Shown in pieces: positions 16,101-24,819 of a DNA stretch of 64,000 nucleotides. Both the position numbers and the translations under genes were made by a program. A model generated the notes under the pieces. That model ran no database searches. It worked only from the letters and a program-made list of their open reading frames with translations, and had not been told where the DNA came from. The DNA is from Patescibacteria group bacterium (lineage in GTDB: Bacteria; Patescibacteriota; Patescibacteriia; Patescibacteriales; UBA12465). Location of the stretch: NCBI GenBank assembly GCA_050949525.1, contig JBMNFW010000001.1:335890-399889 (forward strand). Reading direction: 5' to 3'. The stretch's first letter is position 1. Each line of letters starts with the position of its first letter.

Positions 16101-17555
16101 ATGAAATTTGAAAAATTTAAATCTAAGGAAGAGGAGTTGAGCGTGGAGCAACGCCTTCAAACTTTAAATGAATTTGAGTGGCAAGCTATTAGTAGTCAAA
16201 CAGTTGAGCTTTTAGCTTCTAATCCTGATTTAGTAAAAAACATCGAGAAGGGGAAGTATAACACTATTCTAATTGACGATACTTCTAGTCGGGTTTCTGG
16301 TTTAATTATGAAGAATATTGTTGATATAATTTATGAAAAAAGAGATATTGATAAAGCTCAGGTTCTTTTTTTTGCTGGTGATCGTGATTTGTTAAAAAAG
16401 GTAGAATCTAAGGATCCGGTAGCCTTAGTAGTTGGTAATACTTCTTTTTTAAAAAAAGATTCTGAAGCTTTTAGACAATATTTTAAAGATCTAGATTTAG
16501 TCAGTTTTACCATTGATAAAGGTGAAGATGTTTTTAGTCCAATGGGATCAAAAAGCTTTATTCCTCATCGTGATTCTATGGGGCATTATGATCCTAGTCG
16601 AGGTAAGAGTGTCTCTACGGGAGTTGAATTAAAGGAAGGAAGCTCGGTAGCTGAAAAAGTATCTGATTCACAACAAGAAATTAATCGAACTAGACAGATG
16701 ATAAAATTTGTTTCTCATAAAGCTTTAGAATTATATCAAAATTATGATCAGATAGATGATGAAGTGGAGCGACAGGCAGCTCTTTCTCGCGATGTTAATC
16801 TTTTAGTGGGTGAGGCTTCCGATTTAGGATATATCAAGACCAGATCGAATAGCTATTTACGTCATCTTTTTCTTAAAACTAGTTTTCTAAATGATTTAGA
16901 AAAAGTCGGGTTATTAGAAAAAGAGGAAATTGGGCTAGCTAGTGAGATAGCTGAAGAGTTGCATAAAGATCAGAGTCCTCGTTCTGACGGTGCCTATATC
17001 TACCATATTTTACGAGTTGCCAGAAGGTTATTAGAAGAATATGAAGTTTTTGATCCGGAAATTATTGTTAGCGCTATTCTACATGATTCAGTTGAAGATC
17101 AAGCTAAAAAATTAGCTGAGAAAAGTGGTGATGAGTCTAATAGAAGTGATCGAGAAAAAGCTTTAGATTTTATTAAAGAAAATTTTGGTAATAGGGTAGA
17201 GAGGGTGGTAAGAAAATTATCTAATCCAGAGGAAATGGAATCTCCTGAGATGGATTCTGAAGAAAAGAATCAAGCCTATAAAGAACATATTGAAGAGATT
17301 GTAAATGATCCTGATGCTTTTTTGGTAAAATTATCAGATTTTTCTGACAATGTTTTAAATTTAGGTTATTCTCATGATTCTGATAAAAGATTAAAATTGA
17401 GTAAGAAATATTTACCAGTCATTGACGTCTTTATTGATCGTTTAGATTCGGCTCAAGATATTTTATCTCAGAAAAAGATAGATGAAATAAAAGAAAAATT
17501 AGAGACTGCCTCTGAGGAAGCTAAGGATTTTATAGAAAGTCAAGAAGTTTTATGA
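16101..17555 (+). CDS. Unknown N-terminal domain fused to an HD-domain protein with a SpoT/RelA-type hydrolase-like C-terminal half
   Basis: The C-terminal region HILRVARRLLEEY...SAILHDSVEDQ matches the (p)ppGpp-hydrolase HD signature. I do not recognise the first 290 aa or so. Confidence 0.6.
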   Translation: MKFEKFKSKEEELSVEQRLQTLNEFEWQAISSQTVELLASNPDLVKNIEKGKYNTILIDDTSSRVSGLIMKNIVDIIYEKRDIDKAQVLFFAGDRDLLKKVESKDPVALVVGNTSFLKKDSEAFRQYFKDLDLVSFTIDKGEDVFSPMGSKSFIPHRDSMGHYDPSRGKSVSTGVELKEGSSVAEKVSDSQQEINRTRQMIKFVSHKALELYQNYDQIDDEVERQAALSRDVNLLVGEASDLGYIKTRSNSYLRHLFLKTSFLNDLEKVGLLEKEEIGLASEIAEELHKDQSPRSDGAYIYHILRVARRLLEEYEVFDPEIIVSAILHDSVEDQAKKLAEKSGDESNRSDREKALDFIKENFGNRVERVVRKLSNPEEMESPEMDSEEKNQAYKEHIEEIVNDPDAFLVKLSDFSDNVLNLGYSHDSDKRLKLSKKYLPVIDVFIDRLDSAQDILSQKKIDEIKEKLETASEEAKDFIESQEVL

Positions 17556-18199
17556 TTAAAAATATAATTTTTGATTTTGATGGAACCTTAGCTGATTCCT
17601 TAAACTTATTTATCAAAATATATAATGAAATTCATAAATCTTGCGCTTGTCCTAGCTTTGATATCAGGGATAAAGATCGCTTACGAGATTTAAGTGTGGC
17701 TGAAATTTTAAAAGAATATCAGATTAGTGCTTTTAAGGTTCCTATTTTAGCTTTTAAAGCTAAAAGAAAGTTAGGTAATAAATTAAATGAATTAGAGCTT
17801 TTTCCGGGAATTAAAGAAGCTCTTCAAGATTTAAAAAACCGCGGTTATTCTTTACATGTTTTAAGCTCTAATTCTAAATCTAATTTAATAGCTTTCTTAA
17901 AACAAGAAGAGATTTTAACTCTTTTTAGTTCTGTTTATAGTGGTGCTTCGCTTTTTTCTAAAGCTCGGAAAATAAAGAAACTTTTTAAAAGAGAGGGAAT
18001 TAATTCTCAGAATTCTTTATACATTGGTGACGAAATTAGAGACATTGAAGCTTGTCGCAATATTTCACTTCCCATTATTTCAGTTACTTGGGGTTTTAAC
18101 TCTAAGCAATCTTTAGAAAAATTAAATCCTAATATGATAGTTGATAGTATTATTGAGCTTTTAAATAGAATTTATGAAAATACTTCTAGCGACTCATAA
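17552..18199 (+). CDS. HAD-superfamily phosphatase (phosphoglycolate phosphatase-like)
   Basis: Motif I is IIFDFDGTLADS. LSSNS and GDEIRD correspond to HAD motifs II-IV. Confidence 0.75.
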   Translation: MIKNIIFDFDGTLADSLNLFIKIYNEIHKSCACPSFDIRDKDRLRDLSVAEILKEYQISAFKVPILAFKAKRKLGNKLNELELFPGIKEALQDLKNRGYSLHVLSSNSKSNLIAFLKQEEILTLFSSVYSGASLFSKARKIKKLFKREGINSQNSLYIGDEIRDIEACRNISLPIISVTWGFNSKQSLEKLNPNMIVDSIIELLNRIYENTSSDS

Positions 18200-18797
18200 T
18201 CCTAGTAAATTAAAGCGATATCAGTCTTTATGGTCTGATTTTAAAGACTTAGATTTAGTTAGTTTGTCTGATTTGGGTATAGAGAAAAAGGTGGCTGAAC
18301 CATATAATGAAGTTTTAGATAATGCTATTATTAAAGCTAAGGAATATGCCTCTTTAAGTCAATTACCAGTTTTAGCTATTGATGAAGCTTTAAAAACTAA
18401 TTTTTTACCGGATAGTGAGCAACCGGGAGCTTTTGTTCGTCGTTTTAGTGGTGATAAAAAAGAATTAAGTGATTTAGAAATATTGGAAACTTGGAAAAAA
18501 ATTTTTCAAGCTTATCCCAATATTGATTATCGATTTATTTGGACTTTTGCTTTAGCTTATTATCATCCTCAGCAAGAAAAATTAAAAACTACTTTAGCTT
18601 TACCGGTATATAAAGTTCAAATACCTTTTTCTAAAAAAATTGATCCCGGTTATCCAATGTCATCTTTTATGGTTCCTTTAGATTATGATCGACCTTATGT
18701 TGATTTAAGTCCAGCGGAACGTTTGGCGGTTGATAGGAAGAATTTAGCTTCCTTTACTAATTTATTAAAATCTATTTTAGGTTATGCCGATTTTTAA
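18174..18797 (+). CDS. Non-canonical purine NTP pyrophosphatase-like (RdgB/HAM1 family)
   Basis: N-terminal ILLATHNPSKLKRY resembles the ATxNxxK motif, and the size fits. The sequence is divergent. Confidence 0.5.
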   Translation: MKILLATHNPSKLKRYQSLWSDFKDLDLVSLSDLGIEKKVAEPYNEVLDNAIIKAKEYASLSQLPVLAIDEALKTNFLPDSEQPGAFVRRFSGDKKELSDLEILETWKKIFQAYPNIDYRFIWTFALAYYHPQQEKLKTTLALPVYKVQIPFSKKIDPGYPMSSFMVPLDYDRPYVDLSPAERLAVDRKNLASFTNLLKSILGYADF

Positions 18798-19467
18798 TAT
18801 TTGGCCGGAGATTATTTTAGGTTTATCGCTAAGATCTGATGGATCGATGAAAAATAATTTTGTTGGTCAGAATAATTTTCTTAAAAATTTAGGTCTAGGT
18901 TCTAGGATAGTAGCTCAAGCTGATTTGATTCATCAAAATCAGGCCGTAGCGGTTGATAATATTACTAATAATTTAATCATAAAAAATTGTGATGCTATAG
19001 TTAGCTCCCAATCTAATATATTATTAAGTCTAACTGTGGCGGATTGTTTGCCAATATATTTTTATGATTCAAAGCAGGGAGTTATTGGTCTAGCTCATGC
19101 TGGCTGGCGAGGCTTAATAGCTGGTGTTATTGATCAAACTTTAAAAATATTTTTTGAGAAATATAATTCTTCTCCGAATGATATTAAGGTGTTTATTGGA
19201 CCCTATATTCAGTCTTGTCATTTCGAAGTTCAGAAAGATATTATCAATTTTTTTGATTCTCGTTTTATTCTTAAACGAGAAAATAGGTTTTGGGTTGATT
19301 TATCTCAATTAGCTCAATCTAAATTAATTGAGGCGGAATTATTAGATAATAATATTCAAATTAGTTCCGAATGTACTTATTGTTTATCGGATAAATATTT
19401 CTCTTATCGTCGAGAAAAATCAACCGGATTAAAAACCATGTTAGCTTTTATTAGTTTTAAATTATGA
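18784..19467 (+). CDS. YfiH/PgeF (DUF152) laccase-domain purine nucleoside enzyme
   Basis: HQNQ..., CDAIVS, LTVADCLPIYFYD, GLAHAGWRG and the C-terminal CTYC match the family pattern. Confidence 0.8.
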   Translation: MPIFNIWPEIILGLSLRSDGSMKNNFVGQNNFLKNLGLGSRIVAQADLIHQNQAVAVDNITNNLIIKNCDAIVSSQSNILLSLTVADCLPIYFYDSKQGVIGLAHAGWRGLIAGVIDQTLKIFFEKYNSSPNDIKVFIGPYIQSCHFEVQKDIINFFDSRFILKRENRFWVDLSQLAQSKLIEAELLDNNIQISSECTYCLSDKYFSYRREKSTGLKTMLAFISFKL

Positions 19468-20012
19468 AGTTAAGGTTAAAGGAATTGAATAAAAAAATGA
19501 AGCAGGATTTAAATTTACCCTGGGCTTCAGCTAATTTAGTTTACGGTGAGGGACATCCCTTAGCCGCCATAGTTTTTATTGGTGAAGCTCCTGGAGCAGC
19601 TGAGGATTTAGCCGGTCGTCCTTTTGTTGGTCGATCTGGGAAATTATTGGATAAAAGCTTAGCTGAGATTGGTTTGGATCGTTCTCAGGTTTATATAACT
19701 AACATCGTTAAAAGACGTCCACCTAATAATCGAGATCCTCGAATGGAGGAAATAAAAGCCTATGCTCCATATCTAGAAGAAGAGTTGAAGATTATTAAAC
19801 CTAAAATCATTGTTTCTTTAGGTCGTTTATCTTTAAACTATTTTTTCCCTCAATTAAAGATTAGTCAAGTTCAGGGTCAAATTCTTGAATTAGAGGCGGG
19901 GCTTAAGTTAATTCCGGCTTTTCATCCGGCTGCTACTTTTTATCGTTCTAAAAATCTTAAAGATTTTAAAGCTTCTTTTTTACTTTTAGCTCGAACTATG
20001 AGCCAAAACTAG
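19464..20012 (+). CDS. Uracil-DNA glycosylase, family 4
   Basis: VFIGEAPGAAEDLAGRPFVGRSGKLLD motif and C-terminal HPA. Confidence 0.85.
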   Translation: MKLRLKELNKKMKQDLNLPWASANLVYGEGHPLAAIVFIGEAPGAAEDLAGRPFVGRSGKLLDKSLAEIGLDRSQVYITNIVKRRPPNNRDPRMEEIKAYAPYLEEELKIIKPKIIVSLGRLSLNYFFPQLKISQVQGQILELEAGLKLIPAFHPAATFYRSKNLKDFKASFLLLARTMSQN

Positions 20013-20717
20013 ACCCCAAATTTCTGGAGCTTGATGTTTTTTTAGTTCTCGAGCGATTTCATTTAAAGTAGCTCCAGTAGTAGCAATGTCATCTATAATT
20101 AAAACCTTTTTGTTTTTTAAACTAGGGCCCGACCAAATAAAAGCATTTTTAAGATTAATTTGTCGATCTGATTTATTAAGACTAGCCTGAGGTTTTTGAT
20201 GTCGTGGTCTTTTTAAATAATCCCAATATTCTATTCCTAGCTGTTTGGAAACTTTTTCAGCTAAAAGTTGGCTTTGATTAAAGCCACGCCATCGCTGTCT
20301 TTTTTTAGATAAAGGCACAGCGGTGAGAATAAGGTTTTTTCTTGTAAAGCCTTTATTTTTAGATGGCATTAAAGGATTAGTTAAAACTTGATTTCGAAGA
20401 TGATTAATGAGGAGTAGGCTGAGAGGTGAGGCTAAGTCTTTTATGAAGCGATATTTAAAGGCTTTGATTATTTTTTCTAAGTTTTGATCTTTTAAGTCTC
20501 CAGCTACTAAAATTCCTTGTAGGTAAAAATTTCTCTGACAAGAAGAACAAAATTGACCGAGCTCGGAGTTTTGCCCACAAGATAAACAAAGGGGATTAGC
20601 TATTTTTATTCTTTTAAAACATTCAAAGCATAAGTAATTTTCTGCTTCTTTTTGACAAATTAAACATTGTCCCGGAAAAAGGAAAGCTAAAATCAAGCCT
20701 AATATTTTTTTAAGCAT
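19986..20717 (-). CDS. comF: ComF family phosphoribosyltransferase-like protein
   Basis: N-terminal double CxxC zinc fingers and the C-terminal PRTase motif VLIIDDIATTGATL. Its 3' end overlaps the UDG gene by 27 nt (convergent). Confidence 0.8.
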   Translation of the reverse strand: MLKKILGLILAFLFPGQCLICQKEAENYLCFECFKRIKIANPLCLSCGQNSELGQFCSSCQRNFYLQGILVAGDLKDQNLEKIIKAFKYRFIKDLASPLSLLLINHLRNQVLTNPLMPSKNKGFTRKNLILTAVPLSKKRQRWRGFNQSQLLAEKVSKQLGIEYWDYLKRPRHQKPQASLNKSDRQINLKNAFIWSGPSLKNKKVLIIDDIATTGATLNEIARELKKHQAPEIWGLVLAHSSS

Positions 20718-20744
20718 GTGATTATTAAGTTTAGGCTTTTTAGT

Positions 20745-22019
20745 TTAGGGGAGTTTGATGGTGTGTATTCCACCCATAGCTCGATCGGTAAAAAATAGGG
20801 TTTTACCATCTTGACTTAGGATTAAGCTGGAGATGTTATAGGTTTCATCAGGAATAGCTACTAATTCTTTACGTTTAGTTTTTAGGTTTATTTTATACAA
20901 ATTATCATGAGTATTAGCCGCTAATTCCGGCATTGTTCCAGCTCCTTCCGGTAGGCTAGTTGGAACCGCACAATAGATTTCATCTTTATTAGCAAAGGTG
21001 CATTTTTCTACCCAAGTTTCTATCTTCAAATCAGTTCGATCTCGACCAATATTATCACCTCGAGCATCAACAATCCATAAATTAGGTTTTAAGTCATTAT
21101 CGGTTGAAGCGACGCTGTACAATAATCTATCACCATTTTCATCCCAGGTACCGCTAAAATTCCAACCATGGACAATAGTGGAACGGAAGTTTTCATCGTG
21201 AAGACCAACAAAGAATACTTCTCGACGATCAAAGTCAATTGGTTTCACATACATGGCCACTGTTTGATTATTAGGTGACCAAGAGCTAATAACTTTATCA
21301 GCATTTTTTCCAATATATTCTAAGTATTTAACTTGAGATCCATCGGCGTTACTGGTTATGAGCCAATGACTCTCTGGATCCATTCCAATATTTTTACTAA
21401 CTAGTTTATTACTATCAGTTGAGAAAGAAAAATCTTCCCAATGTTTTGGTAGAGTAACTTGTTTCTGAGTAGAAAAATCATAAACAATTTTAGTATTATC
21501 AGGGTACTCTAAAACTGCCTTAGTTTTATTAGGAGCCCACTCTACATTTTCTACATTATGAAAAACTCGATCACTTAAAGGAATTAAATCTCCTTCATTA
21601 TTAACTAAATAAAAACGTCCATCATCTTGGTTGTAAAATTGAAGGGAATTTCCATCACGACTGGCAGTAACATTGGCTGCTTTTTTCTCTACTAAACTTT
21701 TGGTTTTAGTAATACCACCTCGGGCTATTTCACCGGGAGCTGTAGTTGCTGGATCCTGAATTGGATCGGGATATTTTTGAGGTGGAATTATTTCACTAGA
21801 AGTTTCCATTCTTCCCGGGTCAATTCCTGGAATTATTTGCCCAGGACCTTCGGGTGATATTGGTAGTCCAGTACTAGGGTCATAAATTGGGGTAGGTTCA
21901 GGACTAGGAGTGCTAACTGGTTTCTTAAAAAAGAAGTTCCAAATTAAATAGGCCATTAAAACTACGAATAATAGGAAACCTAGAATTAATAGGATTTTTT
22001 TTAATTTATTCTTTCCCAT
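20745..22019 (-). CDS. Membrane-anchored beta-propeller (PD40/TolB-like repeat) protein
   Basis: N-terminal TM anchor, a Pro-rich linker, and repeated S-x-D/N-G/K-x-hydrophobic repeats (SRDGNSLQF, WAPNKTKAVL, WSPNNQTVAM, SQDGKTLFF). Confidence 0.5.
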   Translation of the reverse strand: MGKNKLKKILLILGFLLFVVLMAYLIWNFFFKKPVSTPSPEPTPIYDPSTGLPISPEGPGQIIPGIDPGRMETSSEIIPPQKYPDPIQDPATTAPGEIARGGITKTKSLVEKKAANVTASRDGNSLQFYNQDDGRFYLVNNEGDLIPLSDRVFHNVENVEWAPNKTKAVLEYPDNTKIVYDFSTQKQVTLPKHWEDFSFSTDSNKLVSKNIGMDPESHWLITSNADGSQVKYLEYIGKNADKVISSWSPNNQTVAMYVKPIDFDRREVFFVGLHDENFRSTIVHGWNFSGTWDENGDRLLYSVASTDNDLKPNLWIVDARGDNIGRDRTDLKIETWVEKCTFANKDEIYCAVPTSLPEGAGTMPELAANTHDNLYKINLKTKRKELVAIPDETYNISSLILSQDGKTLFFTDRAMGGIHTIKLP

Positions 22020-22103
22020 TTTTTTAAAATTATGTTATAATTAAATTATCATTTTAAATATATCATATTTGTTTAAAATCTTCAATTTTTTAAATATAAA
22101 TTT

Positions 22104-23147
22104 ATGGCGCTTTTTTCTTCATCTTCTTCTAATAATTATTTAGGAATAGATATCGGTGATTCAGTTATTAAAATGGTTGAATTAAGTAAAAAGGGAAAGA
22201 AAATTATTCTATCTAATTATGGATTTACTGGATATATTCCGGATTTTAATTTTTATTCTTCTGATAATATTGATTATCTAGCTCAGGCTATTTTAAAATT
22301 AAAGAATGAGTTAGGGATTAAGGCTAATCGAGCTACTGTTTCTTTACCTAGTTTTTCAGTTTTTTCTTCAGTGATTAATGTTAATAATTATGATAAAAAG
22401 AAAATGGCTGAACGGGTTAGGGAGGAAGCTCGGAAAGTTATACCGTTACCTATTGAGGAAATGGTATTGGATTGGAAGTTAGTGTCAGAAAATGAGGACG
22501 CTCCTGGTAATGCTAAAGTTTTTATAACTGGTTCACCTAAAAAATTAGTCAAGAAATATATTGATGTTTTTAAGAAAACTAATATCTTTTTAGCTAATTT
22601 AGAAACCGAGACTTTTTCTTTAATTAGGTCTTTATTAGGACCGGATCCTTCGACTGTTATGTTAATTGAACTTGGTGGAACTAGTACCAATTTTTCTATT
22701 GTTAAAAAGAACATTCCTTTTTTAAATCGCAGTATTAATATTTCAGGTCAGACTATTACTGAAAAAATTAGTCAGGCTATGAGTATTAGCCTCGAACAAG
22801 CTGAGCAATTTAAATTTGATTTATCTTTAGCTAATCGAGATAATAAAACTGGACAAATGCCTCAGGTAGTAGTTGATGCGGTCGAGCCAGTGATTAATGA
22901 GATTAAGTATATGTTGAATCTGTTTAATAATTCTAATGGTGATCGAGTGGATAAAATTGTTTTATCAGGTGGTGGTAGTCTTTTATTTAATTTTGCTGAG
23001 TATTTAGAACAAAAAATTAATATTAAAGTTTTAATTGGTGATCCTTGGTTTAGAGTCTCTTATCCAACTGAATTAAAAAGTGTTTTAGATGAAGTTGGTC
23101 CGAAATTATCAATTGCTGTTGGTTTAGCTCTAAGGGGGATTGAATAA
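22104..23147 (+). CDS. pilM: Type IV pilus assembly protein PilM
   Basis: Actin-like ATPase fold motifs (GIDIGDSVIKMVEL, LSGGGS). It sits at the head of a pilN/O/B/C cluster. Confidence 0.8.
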   Translation: MALFSSSSSNNYLGIDIGDSVIKMVELSKKGKKIILSNYGFTGYIPDFNFYSSDNIDYLAQAILKLKNELGIKANRATVSLPSFSVFSSVINVNNYDKKKMAERVREEARKVIPLPIEEMVLDWKLVSENEDAPGNAKVFITGSPKKLVKKYIDVFKKTNIFLANLETETFSLIRSLLGPDPSTVMLIELGGTSTNFSIVKKNIPFLNRSINISGQTITEKISQAMSISLEQAEQFKFDLSLANRDNKTGQMPQVVVDAVEPVINEIKYMLNLFNNSNGDRVDKIVLSGGGSLLFNFAEYLEQKINIKVLIGDPWFRVSYPTELKSVLDEVGPKLSIAVGLALRGIE

Positions 23148-23150
23148 TTT

Positions 23151-23756
23151 ATGTTTAAAAGAAAAAACAAAGATAAAAGTAATTTAAGTTTACTAGAAAC
23201 TGATTTATTACGAGATGAAATTGAAATTAGTTTTAATTATCAAAAAGATCTTCGAATGGGTCTAATACTTTTAATTTTAGCTATTATCATTATTGTTGAA
23301 TCCTTTATTTTTTTACTTTTGTGGGAAAAGAAAATTAAAGCCAAAAGTTTAACTTATCTAGAGAGCGAGATTACTGAGATTAAAAATGAGAGAAGAGATT
23401 TGGAAAGTCAATATCTAGAAGCGGCTAATTTTAAAAAACAATTAGCTTTGGTTGATAATGTCTTTTCTCGCCATGTTTATTGGAGCCAATTTTTTAAATT
23501 TTTAGAAGATAATACTTTAAAAACTAATTTATATTATCAATCTTTTTCTGGAGATTTATCCGGTCAGGCTTTTATATTACCTAGTAGATCTAATAATGTT
23601 TTAGCTTTAGGTTATCAATCTAAACATTTTTCGGCTCTTCCACTATTATTTAGTTCGGTTATTGAAAATGAGAAAATTAGTAGTGATGAGGGGCAAACTA
23701 CTCAGATTATTGATTTTGATTTAAAGCTTAAAATAGATCCTCAAATTTTTAATTAA
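23151..23756 (+). CDS. PilN-like bitopic membrane protein
   Basis: A single TM helix followed by a coiled-coil, located immediately after pilM. The call rests on position and architecture only. Confidence 0.45.
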   Translation: MFKRKNKDKSNLSLLETDLLRDEIEISFNYQKDLRMGLILLILAIIIIVESFIFLLLWEKKIKAKSLTYLESEITEIKNERRDLESQYLEAANFKKQLALVDNVFSRHVYWSQFFKFLEDNTLKTNLYYQSFSGDLSGQAFILPSRSNNVLALGYQSKHFSALPLLFSSVIENEKISSDEGQTTQIIDFDLKLKIDPQIFN

Positions 23757-23762
23757 AATTTT

Positions 23763-24464
23763 ATGACTGATTTAAATAAAAACAATAAAAATCAAAATTC
23801 AGTTGTGGATATAAAAAAACGGCGTCGTAATAATGAAATTAATAGTTTTTTGAATAAATATTTTAAAGGGGTAGTGGTTTTAGTAGTTTTATTTATCTTT
23901 TTAGCTGCCATTATCTATATTATTATCCCTCGTTTTCAGAAAACTTCCAGTTCTTCTTCTCGTTTAATAAAAGATCGAAAGCTTGAATTGATTAGAGAAT
24001 TTCAGACTCTTAAAGATTACCAAGCTATAATTTCGGAATACTCCAATATCGGAGTTAAAGATATTAATCGAATTAATAAAATGATTCCTTTAGCTTATTC
24101 TCGTGAAGATCTATTTATTGAGATGAGTCATTTTCTTTTAGAAAATAATTTTAAAGCTGATTCATTAGTGGTTAGTGATCCTAATCAAAAAGAGGAAGAA
24201 GGTAAATATGATGCCATGGGGCGACGTAATATAGCTAAAAAGACTGAGGATACTTCCTTAGATTTATATTTAAAATCTTTACCCATTGAATTAGGGGTGT
24301 GGTTAATAGATTTAGAGTTAAATGATATTGATTATCCTAATCTTAAGAGATTTTTATCTTTAATAGAGAAAAATTTAAAAATAAGTGATATTTATTCTTT
24401 AAATTTTAACCCTGAAGATCAAAGTCTTCAAGTTCAAATTTTAACTTATTATCAAAAAAAATAA
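23763..24464 (+). CDS. PilO-like bitopic membrane protein
   Basis: A single TM helix, a coiled-coil and a C-terminal domain, placed between the pilN-like gene and pilB. The call rests on position and architecture only. Confidence 0.4.
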   Translation: MTDLNKNNKNQNSVVDIKKRRRNNEINSFLNKYFKGVVVLVVLFIFLAAIIYIIIPRFQKTSSSSSRLIKDRKLELIREFQTLKDYQAIISEYSNIGVKDINRINKMIPLAYSREDLFIEMSHFLLENNFKADSLVVSDPNQKEEEGKYDAMGRRNIAKKTEDTSLDLYLKSLPIELGVWLIDLELNDIDYPNLKRFLSLIEKNLKISDIYSLNFNPEDQSLQVQILTYYQKK

Positions 24465-24468
24465 TCAT

Positions 24469-24813
24469 ATGGAGAAAATCTATCGTTTTACCTTAATATT
24501 TTTACTAGTCGTGCTTTTTTTAGCCAACCTAGTTTATTTTGTTTATAACGGACGATTATTGTCATATTTTGAGACAAGTGATGGTTTAGAATCAGCGGAG
24601 AGTGTTTTAGGGAAAGTTGATTTAAGTTCAAGTTCAGAGTTTTTTGATTTAGAAATTTTAGAGAACGAACGTTATCAGTCTTTAAAGGATTTTGAATTTA
24701 AACTTCCTAGTTCTGATATTGACAAGGGAGATGTAGAGATTAATGATGAGGAAACAGTTTTAGAAACAAGTTTTGATTTAGGTAATCCTAATCCTTTTAA
24801 AGTAAGTTTTTAA
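24469..24813 (+). CDS. Hypothetical small membrane-anchored protein in the pilus cluster
   Basis: N-terminal TM helix and an acidic C-terminus. It is tightly spaced within the operon. Confidence 0.4.
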   Translation: MEKIYRFTLIFLLVVLFLANLVYFVYNGRLLSYFETSDGLESAESVLGKVDLSSSSEFFDLEILENERYQSLKDFEFKLPSSDIDKGDVEINDEETVLETSFDLGNPNPFKVSF

Positions 24814-24819
24814 TTTACT

